Assembly (NCBI GenBank): GCA_038046385.1
Contig: JBBSWH010000001.1
Span: forward strand, 39,382 to 103,381
DNA length: 64,000 nucleotides
Origin: Nanobdellota archaeon
Lineage (GTDB): Archaea > Nanobdellota > Nanobdellia > Woesearchaeales > GW2011-AR4
Direction: 5' to 3'
This document shows, one piece after another, positions 42,351 through 51,865 of this stretch. Position numbers and translations under genes: made by a program. Numbering within the stretch: the first letter of the stretch is position 1; each line of letters begins with the position of its first letter. The notes under the pieces were generated by a model that saw only the letters and a list, made by a program, of their open reading frames with translations, searched no databases and was not told the origin of the DNA.

Positions 42351-42785
42351 TTAGCTAAGGTTACCTTTCCCTTTCTTTGGCTTAACTCTCGGGTTTACTC
42401 CCACTGCCATTTCGGTTAGCCATTCCACTATTCTTCTTAGCTGCTTGCTATGCGGATGAATACCATCATTGCTTAATTTTGCGCTTACATATCCGGTTAC
42501 ATCCCCGTTTATATGTGCTGGACCCAAATAAGTATGTCTTCCGTCTGCTCGTGTAACAACAACCCTATCTTTTTCTCTTTGAATATTGGATATATTTTGA
42601 TTATAGCTAACTATAGAAGATGCAGCGTCGCTTATTTCATGATTCCTTGCTTGAGGAATATCTCTTGGCGCACCAGCAACTGCAAATTCAAGTCCATGAG
42701 TAGGGTTGAACATAATCTGCGCCCCTGCTTTAGTCTCTCTGTATAACTTACTAACATAGTCTATAACCTGATTTGCATAACTCAT
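42351..42785 (-). CDS. Hypothetical protein
   Basis: 144-aa ORF; Lys/Ile-poor composition compared with its neighbours. Confidence 0.5.
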   Translation of the reverse strand: MSYANQVIDYVSKLYRETKAGAQIMFNPTHGLEFAVAGAPRDIPQARNHEISDAASSIVSYNQNISNIQREKDRVVVTRADGRHTYLGPAHINGDVTGYVSAKLSNDGIHPHSKQLRRIVEWLTEMAVGVNPRVKPKKGKGNLS

Positions 42786-42911
42786 ATTAAAATACCCTCC
42801 AAATTTTTATAAACGGAATAAACCTTTATTTATAAACTTTGTTTTTATCATTACATAATAGATAAACCAATATCAGCAAACTTTAAAAACAAACTATTCT
42901 TTTGAAACGCT

Positions 42912-43982
42912 ATGGAAACGCTTGAATCACTGAAATGGCTCAAGGACAGAAATCTGTATGACCTTTCTTACAGTGTATCTACATCCCTGAAAAAAGTCTT
43001 TACGCCGTGTTTAGGGGTAAAGGACGAAAAAATGCTGATAGTCGGAGACATAGGCTATGAAAACAGAAACGTTGCGGCTGTGATGTCCGGAGCTTATTAC
43101 CTTGCGGCGCAGCAGATGAAGCTAGATGCCAAATTAATATTCCAAAGCGTAAAATCGAGGGGAGATGTTTCTGACGATGATGTTGTGCAGGGACTTTCAG
43201 AATTAAAAGCAGGCAATATCGTTATCCTTAACATGTCAGACAAGCTTGGAAACATTCAGGAGCTTGGAAAAAGTTTCAGGAGATGGATTGCAAAAAAGAA
43301 CCATCGCTTCATATCGGCAATGAGCCTTGGAGATTTGGCAACAAGCAACATTGAACTGATAACAAAAGCGATTGATGTTAATTACAGGCCGCTGCAGGTT
43401 CAGCATGAGGAAATAAGGAAAAAGATGGATGCTGCAAAAGAGATTCATATAACAACACCTGCAGGAACGGATTTGCATTACAACAAAGAGGGAATAAAAG
43501 CACTAAAAGCAGACGGGAATTACACAATGCCCGGCACCGGAGGAAACCTGCCGGCAGGAGAGGTATACTCGCCGCCAAACGGCAAGAAGATTGAAGGCAA
43601 GGTTGTAATTGACGGAAGCTCAAGAACGCATGAGCACACGCTATTGATAAGAAAGCCGATTGAGCTTACAATCAAAGAGGGAAATATTGTTGACATCAAG
43701 GGCGGGGAAGAGGCAAAACAGCTTGAGAATACGCTGAAGTGGGCTGCATCAGTTGCAAAAAACCCCGGCAATGTAAGAAGAGTATGCGAGCTCGGAATCG
43801 GATTAAACCCAAATGCGTCAATCATAGGCGCGATGATAATTGATGACAAGACGCTCGGAACAGCACATATAGGAATCGGCTCAAATTACTGGTTTGGCGG
43901 AAATATATATGCAATAATCCACCTAGACCAGGTTTTTAAGAATCCCACTATTTATTTAGACGGAGCAAAGCTAAAAATCTGA
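42912..43982 (+). CDS. Aminopeptidase, M29 (AmpS/PepS-like) family
   Basis: GTDL......GNLPAGEVY..P......G.VVIDGS, LGTAHIGIGSNY. Confidence 0.75.
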   Translation: METLESLKWLKDRNLYDLSYSVSTSLKKVFTPCLGVKDEKMLIVGDIGYENRNVAAVMSGAYYLAAQQMKLDAKLIFQSVKSRGDVSDDDVVQGLSELKAGNIVILNMSDKLGNIQELGKSFRRWIAKKNHRFISAMSLGDLATSNIELITKAIDVNYRPLQVQHEEIRKKMDAAKEIHITTPAGTDLHYNKEGIKALKADGNYTMPGTGGNLPAGEVYSPPNGKKIEGKVVIDGSSRTHEHTLLIRKPIELTIKEGNIVDIKGGEEAKQLENTLKWAASVAKNPGNVRRVCELGIGLNPNASIIGAMIIDDKTLGTAHIGIGSNYWFGGNIYAIIHLDQVFKNPTIYLDGAKLKI

Positions 43983-43989
43983 TAGTATG

Positions 43990-44110
43990 GCATAGCATCC
44001 TAAGGTCAAAATTCAATTCAGAACATAATCAACTGCGTTCAGGGGGACGCCCCCTACGGGGCATGAACGATACTTAAAGTAACACATTAAGAATTTTGAA
44101 GATGCTATGC
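43990..44110. repeat. Clamped intergenic element, copy E
   Basis: gcatagcatc/gatgctatgc termini; inner stem cgttca (44036-41)/tgaacg (44064-69) around a C/G-run core. Confidence 0.65.
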
Positions 44111-44315
44111 ATTGTTTTCTTCCTTAACTATCATCCATTTTGGCAGGTCAACATTCGGATATTTCTTGTCAGAGCCTTCAAAATACGTTCCTTTTTCTTT
44201 TTCCATGCAATTCATTGAGCATAGTAAATATATAAAGATTGTTTAGTAAGATAGAGTGACTACACACGGCAGAATCAGGAAAGTATTAAAAGAGGATACT
44301 TAATGTTATACTGAA

Positions 44316-44660
44316 ATGGGATACAAACAAGCTATACTCGTAAGAGACGATTTGAAGCTTCCAAAAGGAAAGATGGCTGCACAAGTGTCACATGCTTCTG
44401 TAGATGCTACTTTGAAATCTGACAAAAAGATGGTTGATTTGTGGAAAAAAGAAGGCATGAAGAAAGTTATCCTTAAAGTGAATGAAGAAAAAGAGCTTTT
44501 CAAATATAAACAGATTGCAGAAGATGCAGGAATAAAAACAGCTCTGATAACGGATGCAGGACATACTGTTGTTGAGCCTGGAACAATTACTTGCCTTGCA
44601 ATAGGCCCTGATGAAGAAAAAAAAATAAATGAAATCAGCGGAAAATTAAAGCTGATGTGA
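44316..44660 (+). CDS. pth2: Peptidyl-tRNA hydrolase, archaeal type (Pth2)
   Basis: KQAILVRDDLKLPKGKMAAQVSHAS... Confidence 0.85.
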   Translation: MGYKQAILVRDDLKLPKGKMAAQVSHASVDATLKSDKKMVDLWKKEGMKKVILKVNEEKELFKYKQIAEDAGIKTALITDAGHTVVEPGTITCLAIGPDEEKKINEISGKLKLM

Positions 44661-44717
44661 AAATATCAATTCTAAGAGACAATTTCTTGCTTTGTTGACA
44701 TATCCGGTATTGATTAG

Positions 44718-45068
44718 CTACTGTTGTCTTTTTAGGTAGCGTATCACTTCATCATCACTCAATTGGCTGCCGGAACTTCTTCCTCTTGTAAAATGCCCTG
44801 AAGCATATTCCTGGCCAAGACTATAAAATAGTCCAGCCTTTCTGTCAATTTCATGTGCAGAATCTAATGCTCCCAATACAAACTCCCAATACCCTTTAGA
44901 ACTTACAATGTGAGGCTCAAGCTGATCCCTTATACCCCTAACCAAATCAGCAACAACCTTTGCCTTATGAGCTGTTTGGGGTGTGTGCACTAATTCACTA
45001 ATGAATGTTGTTCCATCCATTATAAGATAATCTTTTGATACTTTTGTGTCTATTGTTGGATTTGTCAT
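44718..45068 (-). CDS. Hypothetical protein (MTNPT N-terminus)
   Basis: 116-aa ORF; SD aaaggtga. Confidence 0.55.
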   Translation of the reverse strand: MTNPTIDTKVSKDYLIMDGTTFISELVHTPQTAHKAKVVADLVRGIRDQLEPHIVSSKGYWEFVLGALDSAHEIDRKAGLFYSLGQEYASGHFTRGRSSGSQLSDDEVIRYLKRQQ

Positions 45069-45086
45069 TTTTTCACCTTTGAATAT

Positions 45087-45389
45087 TTAAGATACTAATG
45101 TTGGCTGTTTGTCATACCTTATGCTTATGCAGGCTGCCCCACCTTGTTCAAGCAATTCTACTAAGGCAAGGTGGTGGTCTAACACGCTTTTAGGATCTTG
45201 TGGGTTTAAACCCTCAAACAAATGAGCATGTTGTGGGGAAATTGAGTAAGAACGAACCAAATATTTGCTGCCTACAGGAACTGTAAGCTCAACTACTTTT
45301 GAATGATTTCCCTGCGGCAATTTGGATGTTAAACCTACTGTGCTTCCGCTATTCATTGCTGCTTGATCGATGCTTGTTGGGTTTGTCAT
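45087..45389 (-). CDS. Hypothetical protein (MTNPT N-terminus)
   Basis: 100-aa ORF; SD gaggtga; the first 17 nt nearly match the 45068 gene start. Confidence 0.55.
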   Translation of the reverse strand: MTNPTSIDQAAMNSGSTVGLTSKLPQGNHSKVVELTVPVGSKYLVRSYSISPQHAHLFEGLNPQDPKSVLDHHLALVELLEQGGAACISIRYDKQPTLVS

Positions 45390-45434
45390 ATTAAATCACC
45401 TCTTCTGGTTTGTGTAATTTTTAACCTTTTTAAA

Positions 45435-45746
45435 TCAAGATATGTGGACATTTTTGTTCGTTTCAAGATAATTTATTGCGAATACCGATCCGTCTACAAT
45501 TCCGTTTAAAAAATCAGGGCTTTGATTCTGAAGTAGTACTCTTGGACGAGTTCTTCTGGATAAAATCACTGCGTAAACTCCTTCCATAACTCCTGCTTGG
45601 TAATCTTCAGATATCTCTTGATTTTGACCCCTAATATTTGCCAGTGCCTGAAGTGATATTTCCTTAGCAATGTCTTCGCTGTCTAACCTTCCTTCCAAAG
45701 GTATTCTTGCTGTTAGCTGAGTCGTTAGTTGAGTCGTTGGTTGCAC
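45435..45746 (-). CDS. Hypothetical protein (GTG start)
   Basis: 103-aa ORF; SD gaggtgg. Confidence 0.5.
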   Translation of the reverse strand: MQPTTQLTTQLTARIPLEGRLDSEDIAKEISLQALANIRGQNQEISEDYQAGVMEGVYAVILSRRTRPRVLLQNQSPDFLNGIVDGSVFAINYLETNKNVHIS

Positions 45747-45865
45747 GCTACCACCTCGTTTTCCTGTAAACTATAGTTATGTTTATTATAATTTATATAA
45801 TTTATATATAAAATACGCGACAAAATTGGTAAGATTTATAAGAATCTGGCAAATCCTATGATAAA

Positions 45866-46513
45866 ATGACAAATTTAACCCATGAAGTGTGGAATTATCT
45901 GGATTCTGAGCCAAGCATAAAGAAAGAGCTGAGCAGAGGCATAGTCAACATTATGGCGTTGGCGAAGTATATTATAGACACAAAGAATTTGGAAAAATCG
46001 CCTGATGCAGTTATAAGCGCAATAAGGAGATATGTTCTTGAAGAAAGGCATGCGCCGAAATTCCACAATGTTGAGGATATAATAAAAAATTCAAGAATTT
46101 CAACAAAAAATAAAATTGCCCTGATTGCAATAAAGCGCGATTCAACAGTTCTTGATGTCCTTCCAAATGTTTTTCCCCTGATAGAACTTTCGAGAGGAGA
46201 GGTCATGAGGTTATCGGAAGGAAAAGAATCATTAAAACTTCTTGTTGATGAAAAAAATCTGCAGAAAATTGCTGATGTTTTTCCAAAGAATAAAATAATA
46301 GGGATTACAAGAAACTTAAGCGAGTTAAGCATAAATCTTGGACCAGGCTCGATAGAGGCAGTTGGAGTTCTTGCAACAATAATGAATGAGCTTGCTGTTA
46401 ATAATATCAGCATTGTTGAAGTGATTGGATGCCTGCCGGAGTTCATGCTTTTCTTCGATTCAAAAGACATTCTGAAGGCGCATGAAATTCTGATGAAGTT
46501 ATCTGGAATCTGA
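45866..46513 (+). CDS. ACT-domain-containing protein (COG2150-like regulator of amino-acid metabolism), paralog 1
   Basis: 215 aa; C-terminal ..GVLATIMNELAVNNISIVEVIGC.PEFMLFFDSKD..KAHEILMKL. Confidence 0.55.
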   Translation: MTNLTHEVWNYLDSEPSIKKELSRGIVNIMALAKYIIDTKNLEKSPDAVISAIRRYVLEERHAPKFHNVEDIIKNSRISTKNKIALIAIKRDSTVLDVLPNVFPLIELSRGEVMRLSEGKESLKLLVDEKNLQKIADVFPKNKIIGITRNLSELSINLGPGSIEAVGVLATIMNELAVNNISIVEVIGCLPEFMLFFDSKDILKAHEILMKLSGI

Positions 46514-46514
46514 T

Positions 46515-46769
46515 TTAACCGTACCTTAATTTCAGAATTAATACTGAAACAACCATTGCAAACGTTATAGAACTCATAACCACTAAAGATAAGCTTTCTT
46601 TAAGAAAACCGTAACCGATCCAGAGCACTTGGCCAAAAATATTAATCAGCAGCCACGACAATGAAATATCTTGCGTTGATTTTGTTCTCCATGATTTTAT
46701 CAGCTGCGGCAAAGAAGAAATGGCAACCAATATACCGGCACAAAATCCCAGTAACTCTATTGACAACAT
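46515..46769 (-). CDS. PQ-loop/SemiSWEET-like small transporter
   Basis: SSLPQLIKSWRTKSTQDISL; 3 TM; start moved to Met22. Confidence 0.6.
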   Translation of the reverse strand: MLSIELLGFCAGILVAISSLPQLIKSWRTKSTQDISLSWLLINIFGQVLWIGYGFLKESLSLVVMSSITFAMVVSVLILKLRYG

Positions 46770-46850
46770 AGATTTTATAAAATTTGATAATTTAAATAAT
46801 TTACCATTAGCAGTTACCTTTTTAAATAACACTTTTTACCTAGACACTAT

Positions 46851-46938
46851 GGGCCCATAGCTCAGCCTGCTTAGAGCACAAGACTCTTAAGAATTTGGAG
46901 TTATCTTGGGGTCAGGGGTTGAAATCCCCTTGGGCCCA
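46851..46938 (+). tRNA. tRNA-Lys(CUU) with ~13-nt anticodon-loop intron
   Basis: GGGCCCA/TGGGCCC+A, GCTC..GAGC, CAAGA-CTCTTAA[intron]-TCTTG, AGGGG-TTGAAAT-CCCCT. Confidence 0.75.
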
Positions 46939-47035
46939 CTTATTTTTCTATCCGTGCAATAAAATTGCACTTGATTCCGCACTCAACTGACGGAACAGTT
47001 GGTTCGACATCCCCTTGGGCCCACTTTATTTTTCT
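46924..47035. mobile_element. Two-hairpin mini-insertion flanked by a ~26-bp direct repeat duplicating the tRNA-Lys 3' end
   Basis: atccccttgggcccactt(t)atttttct at 46924-46949 and 47009-47035; hairpins gtgcaat/attgcac and caactg/cagttg. Confidence 0.8.
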
Positions 47036-47472
47036 GAACTTCGATTTTTGTTCATTCTAAATAAGAATACTCCAGCAACAATAGTAGCAAATATTGAAGT
47101 AATCATAGTAGATAGATTGCTACCAATCCCATTAGTTGGTAGCCAAGCTGGTAAATAAAATACTAATAATCCGGCAAGAACAACTAACAAAATTATTCCG
47201 ACTACCTTCATACCTTTTTTAATCTTATTTTGATGTTCTTGATACCATGATGATAGTCTTAATGCAACATCATTTCCCACATAACCACTTAATCTTATAA
47301 AATAGAATCCAGATATAAAATAAGAAAGCACAAACATAAACAACAAAATTACAACAGAGATTGCACCAAAATTTTTATTGGTTAAAAGAAAATAAAGAGT
47401 AATCCACATAAGCAACCAGAAAGTACAATTTTGAATTGTTTTTACTCTTTTTATCAGTTCTGATTGTTCCAT
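47026..47472 (-). CDS. Membrane protein (4 TM)
   Basis: 148-aa ORF; its stop codon lies inside the distal direct repeat. Confidence 0.55.
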   Translation of the reverse strand: MEQSELIKRVKTIQNCTFWLLMWITLYFLLTNKNFGAISVVILLFMFVLSYFISGFYFIRLSGYVGNDVALRLSSWYQEHQNKIKKGMKVVGIILLVVLAGLLVFYLPAWLPTNGIGSNLSTMITSIFATIVAGVFLFRMNKNRSSEK

Positions 47473-47506
47473 TCTTCTTAATAATTTGATAATGGATATT
47501 TAAACT

Positions 47507-48160
47507 TTACTCCCCAACCATTTCCTGCAGCACTTCATAAGCCTTCATCGAATCCTTCTTGCTCAGGATGAAAGTCAGTTCTGTCATTGTTGAAACAATC
47601 TCGTAAATGTTTATGTTGTCCCATGCTAATTTTCGTACAGCATTAAAGATTACGCCAGGAGTATGCGTGAAATCGTCTGCAGTGAACACTATAGACAACG
47701 AAACCAAATCGTTTTCCTTGTTGATTATTTTTCCTGAAAGAAACTTGGCAAGCTTATCCATATATTTTTGATTGATAATAATGCTGACTTCGTTGTTTCC
47801 CAGTATAATATTCAGCGTATCCCCCCTTTCAAAATTTACAAGAGTATGGACCGTTCTCAGCTTTGCAAGCAGATTCGGAGTTTTTACAAAAGTCAAATCG
47901 CACAAATTTGTTTTTAACAGCAATTCGCCGGTGTAGTCAAACTTCTTTGAATGCTTTCTTTGCTCAGATATTTCTTCAGAATGCCTTCTCAATGCCATCA
48001 CTATGGCTGCATGGTTGATTTTTTTTCCAAGCTCTTTTTCTATCTTCGGGCTTATCTCTTCTGCAAAATTACCGATGCTTATAAGATTCCTTCCAAGCGC
48101 TTCCTCAACAAAAGGCTGATCCGATACAATTTTCTTTACTATGTGGCTTACTGTTACCAT
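47507..48160 (-). CDS. ACT-domain-containing protein, paralog 2
   Basis: 217 aa; co-linear with the 45866 protein (..GVIFNAVRKLAWDNINIYEIVSTMTELTFILSKKD..KAYEVLQEM). Confidence 0.55.
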   Translation of the reverse strand: MVTVSHIVKKIVSDQPFVEEALGRNLISIGNFAEEISPKIEKELGKKINHAAIVMALRRHSEEISEQRKHSKKFDYTGELLLKTNLCDLTFVKTPNLLAKLRTVHTLVNFERGDTLNIILGNNEVSIIINQKYMDKLAKFLSGKIINKENDLVSLSIVFTADDFTHTPGVIFNAVRKLAWDNINIYEIVSTMTELTFILSKKDSMKAYEVLQEMVGE

Positions 48161-48353
48161 TTTTACCCCCTTAGATTGTTATTATAATAACATTAAGTTA
48201 ATATAATAAATATATATACTTTTCGGTTATGGAATCAATCAACAGCCAACAGCATAGAAATCACAATTGCATAGAACTATTTACGTGGGAATTAAACAAC
48301 GATTCTGACTTAATGTCGGACTTTCAGGATAAATAATTTTGGTGGTTTATAAA

Positions 48354-48719
48354 ATGACAGGCACAACATCACAAACACTGGCAGATCCAGCATCAGATTT
48401 TTCGAGCTTGGATGCGCAAGTCGAAACTATTGTGCACTCGCAAAGAAGGAAACCGAACGGGCAACTTGCAGCTGAGTTAAATGCTGCTTTTATTGAACAT
48501 GGGTTTTTGACCGCGACACATCAAAACGGACAAAGAACTGCTTTGATAGGGGTCAACTCATTCAGACATGCGAAAGTTCAGGCTGTCCTGGATCCGGCAA
48601 GCACAATTTATGCAAGATATAACGGAAAACCATACGGGCTAGATGAGCCGATTCTTTGGGAAACGCCCACTGAGGGGACCGTGGCATGGAAAGCATACAA
48701 CATGAAAATGGTATTTTAG
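48354..48719 (+). CDS. Hypothetical protein
   Basis: Start set at ATG 48354, 8 nt after SD ggtgg; 121 aa; Lys-poor composition. Confidence 0.5.
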   Translation: MTGTTSQTLADPASDFSSLDAQVETIVHSQRRKPNGQLAAELNAAFIEHGFLTATHQNGQRTALIGVNSFRHAKVQAVLDPASTIYARYNGKPYGLDEPILWETPTEGTVAWKAYNMKMVF

Positions 48720-48821
48720 GCTGCCAATAAAACTTTTAACATTTTATTTTTTAAACATATTTTACCAAAAAATTATTTTTCTCCTAAAAATCAAAAACAT
48801 TTTTTTATTTTTTCCGTAATC

Positions 48822-48829
48822 TTTATATA
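48822..48829 (+). promoter_or_regulatory. TATA-box candidate for lysK (near-leaderless spacing)
   Basis: ctttatata ends 22 nt before ATG 48852. Confidence 0.4.
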
Positions 48830-48851
48830 GCATTAAAAGTTATTATTCTTA

Positions 48852-50486
48852 ATGCATAATCACAATAATAACGACAAGAACTTTGATGAGCTGTTTTGGG
48901 CAGACCAAATTGCAAAACAGATAACATCAAGGGAAAAATTTCATTACACCGACGATAAAGTCCCTAAATTTGACACTTACACAGTAAAAACTTCTGCATC
49001 ATTGTCTGGCGTTTTGCACATCGGAAGATTAAGCGATACAATAAGAAGCGAATCGGTTGTGATTGCGCTGAAAGATGCTGGCATAAAAACAAAATTTATT
49101 TGGGTTGCAGAAAACATGGACCCTCTGAGAAAAATTCCGAAGGGTGTTCCTGCAAATTTTGAAAAATACCTCGGAATGCCGGTAACAGACATTCCTGACC
49201 CTGATGGATGCCACGCATCTTATGCTGATCATCACATGGAAGAATATTTCAAGGTTGTAGATGAATTTGTTTTAACTGACATGGAAAAATTTTCCATGAG
49301 AGAAGAATACAAAAAAGGGAATTTTACTTCTTACATCAAAAAAATAATGGAAAAAATAGAGGATGTGCGCGAAATACAGAACAGGTACCGGACAAATCCG
49401 CTTAAAACAAACTGGAGCCCGTGGACGCCAATCTGCGACAACTGCGGAAAGATTGTAACGACGCACGTTACCGGAATCGAAAGCGGAATTGTAAAATATG
49501 AATGCACAGATTATGAATTTGAGACGACAACTGCAAAGGGATGCGGCCACAAGGGAGAAAATGACCCATTAAAAGGAAACGGAAAATTATTGTGGAAATC
49601 TGAGTGGGCTGCGCAGTGGGCGAGATGGAAAGTTGTTTCTGAAGGCGCAGGGAAGGAGTACCAGGTGCCAAACAGCGCATGGTGGATTAACGGAGAGATT
49701 ACAGAAAAAGTTTTGAACTACCCTATGCCTGAGCCGATATTTTACGAGCACATCACAATCGACAACCAGAAAATGTCTGCTTCTGTCGGAAATGTAGTCT
49801 ATCCAAAAGACTGGCTCGAAGTTGCATCTCCTGAACTATTAAGATTGTTTTACAATAAAAGATTAATGACGACAAGAAGCTTTTCATGGAAAGATTTGCC
49901 TAATCTTTATGATGAGTACGACAAAATAGCGGAAATCTGCCTTGGAAAAAATATTCTCGAGAACAAGAAAGAAGAAGCACATTACAAAAGGCTTTTTGAA
50001 GTAAGCTGCGGAAAAGATGCAAAGAAATCGATCGACATGAGCTTCTCGCATGCTGCAGTTATTGCGCAGACATTCCCTGACGAGGAAGACATGATTAAGG
50101 GCCTTGAAAAAACAGGCCATTACAATAAGGATGACCATGACAGGATTTTTGAAAGGTTCCACAAAGTGAAAATATGGCTTAAAAAGCACGCTCCTGAAGA
50201 TGTCAAGTTTGAGGTGCAGAAGCACGTTTCAAAAGACATAATAATTACGGAAAGCGAAAAAAAATTACTGCATGAGATATCCGCGCTGCTCAAGGAAAAT
50301 GACTACAATGAACAGACTCTTTTTGAGGAGTTTTATACTGTCTCTACCAGGCACAAAATAAAACCTCAGGATTTTTTCAAGTCGGCTTACAAGGTTTTGC
50401 TTAACAAGGAACGAGGCCCAAAACTTGCGCCTTTCGTTCTTGCGCTTGGAAAAGAAAAAGTTGCTAAACTGTTTGAAAGCGCTTAA
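48852..50486 (+). CDS. lysK: Lysyl-tRNA synthetase, class I
   Basis: SGVLHIGRL (HIGH-like), QKMSASVGN (KMSKS-like); 544 aa. Confidence 0.85.
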   Translation: MHNHNNNDKNFDELFWADQIAKQITSREKFHYTDDKVPKFDTYTVKTSASLSGVLHIGRLSDTIRSESVVIALKDAGIKTKFIWVAENMDPLRKIPKGVPANFEKYLGMPVTDIPDPDGCHASYADHHMEEYFKVVDEFVLTDMEKFSMREEYKKGNFTSYIKKIMEKIEDVREIQNRYRTNPLKTNWSPWTPICDNCGKIVTTHVTGIESGIVKYECTDYEFETTTAKGCGHKGENDPLKGNGKLLWKSEWAAQWARWKVVSEGAGKEYQVPNSAWWINGEITEKVLNYPMPEPIFYEHITIDNQKMSASVGNVVYPKDWLEVASPELLRLFYNKRLMTTRSFSWKDLPNLYDEYDKIAEICLGKNILENKKEEAHYKRLFEVSCGKDAKKSIDMSFSHAAVIAQTFPDEEDMIKGLEKTGHYNKDDHDRIFERFHKVKIWLKKHAPEDVKFEVQKHVSKDIIITESEKKLLHEISALLKENDYNEQTLFEEFYTVSTRHKIKPQDFFKSAYKVLLNKERGPKLAPFVLALGKEKVAKLFESA

Positions 50487-50524
50487 GGGAAAAGTTTTTT
50501 AAACAAAGGAAACTAACTCATTCT

Positions 50525-51622
50525 ATGGAAAAAAAAGTATTAGACAAGCTTTCTCCAGAACTCAGGAAACTTATCATTCTTAGTAATGATAAATCTACCG
50601 GAACTTTGAGCGACAACATAAAAAAAGCAAGCTTCCCAGTTTCTGCATTTGCGCAAAGAACTTTGAATCACACTAACGGAGGTTCAACTTTGCAGGCAGC
50701 TTTGTGGCTGAAAAATCATTTGAAAAACGGGGGCAAAATAGTAGTCACTTTAGCCGGTGCTTTAAGCTCATTTCAAATCGGCGTTATGCTTGCAGAACTT
50801 ATTAGGCAAGACAAGGTTCATCTGGTTTCGGCAACAGGAGCAAACCACGAAGAATCATACTACAGATATGTTGCCCATTCACATTATGCAAACATTCCAA
50901 ATTACACTGAACTAACGCCAAATCAGGAAGCAGAATTAAGAGACGCTGGTTTAAGAAGAATCACAGACACATTTTTGCCAGAAGACGAAAGTGTAAGGAT
51001 AATGGAGCCGCATTTGCTGAAGATGTGGAAAGATGCATCTAAAAAAGGAGAAAGGTACTTTCCGCATGAATATTTCAGAAGGCTGTTCAAGGAAAAACTG
51101 ATAAAGCCGGATAAGCTGGCAAACCCAAATGACTGCTGGGCATACGCAGCGTTTGAAAAAAACATCCCGATCATTGTGCCTGGATTTGAAGATTCCACAA
51201 TGGGCAATATTTTTTCAAGTTACACTTACAGCGGCAAAAACAAAAAGAAAGGGGATACTGTTGTAGACCAAAATGTCATGAAATCAGGATTGGAATATTT
51301 TCATTTGATGTATGACTGGTATATGCAGGAAAGCAAAAACTCCCCGATTGCATTTTTGCAGCTTGGCGGGGGAATTGCAGCAGATTTCCCGATATGTGTT
51401 GTTCCGTCATTAAAACATGATTTAAGGCTTCCAAAAGTGCGTGACTGGGCTGGATTTATTGAAATTGGATCGTCTCCAATGTCATACGGCTCATATTCCG
51501 GAGCAGGCGGAAAAGAGAAGATTACCTGGGACAAATTGTCCACACAGAGCTATTATAACATAATCCAGAGCGATGTGACTGTCGCTTTTCCGTGGATAGC
51601 TGCAATACTTCTTGATTTGTAG
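50525..51622 (+). CDS. dys: Deoxyhypusine synthase family protein
   Basis: VTLAGALSS......L.....V..LVSTGANHEE, LQLGGGIAADF. Confidence 0.65.
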   Translation: MEKKVLDKLSPELRKLIILSNDKSTGTLSDNIKKASFPVSAFAQRTLNHTNGGSTLQAALWLKNHLKNGGKIVVTLAGALSSFQIGVMLAELIRQDKVHLVSATGANHEESYYRYVAHSHYANIPNYTELTPNQEAELRDAGLRRITDTFLPEDESVRIMEPHLLKMWKDASKKGERYFPHEYFRRLFKEKLIKPDKLANPNDCWAYAAFEKNIPIIVPGFEDSTMGNIFSSYTYSGKNKKKGDTVVDQNVMKSGLEYFHLMYDWYMQESKNSPIAFLQLGGGIAADFPICVVPSLKHDLRLPKVRDWAGFIEIGSSPMSYGSYSGAGGKEKITWDKLSTQSYYNIIQSDVTVAFPWIAAILLDL

Positions 51623-51649
51623 AATTCTAATATTATTTTGAAAAAACGA

Positions 51650-51812
51650 GTTTTGCCGTCAATACGTGAGCATTTTCTATTAAAACATTCAACAAAAAGG
51701 AAATTGTCCTAAAAATCTGTGGATTTTTGGGAACCTAAAAATGCCTAGCATTTTTTTGTCAATGGGAATTTTTGTAATATACTAGAACATTTAATGCGAA
51801 CGACGGCAAAAC
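51650..51812. repeat. Clamped intergenic element, copy C (inverted relative to copy A)
   Basis: gttttgccgtc/gacggcaaaac termini; the reverse complement aligns with copy A (ttttgccgtcgttcgcattaaatg..., ...aaaatgctcacgtattgacggcaaaa). Confidence 0.75.
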
Positions 51813-51865
51813 TAACCACTTATTAAATCAATAAATTAATAAACCATTTTTGTTTCTGCACAGGT

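Noticed and set aside
45895-46470. 191-aa minus-strand ORF
   Set aside because: Antisense to the ACT-domain gene, which has a paralog at 47507-48160 supporting the plus frame.
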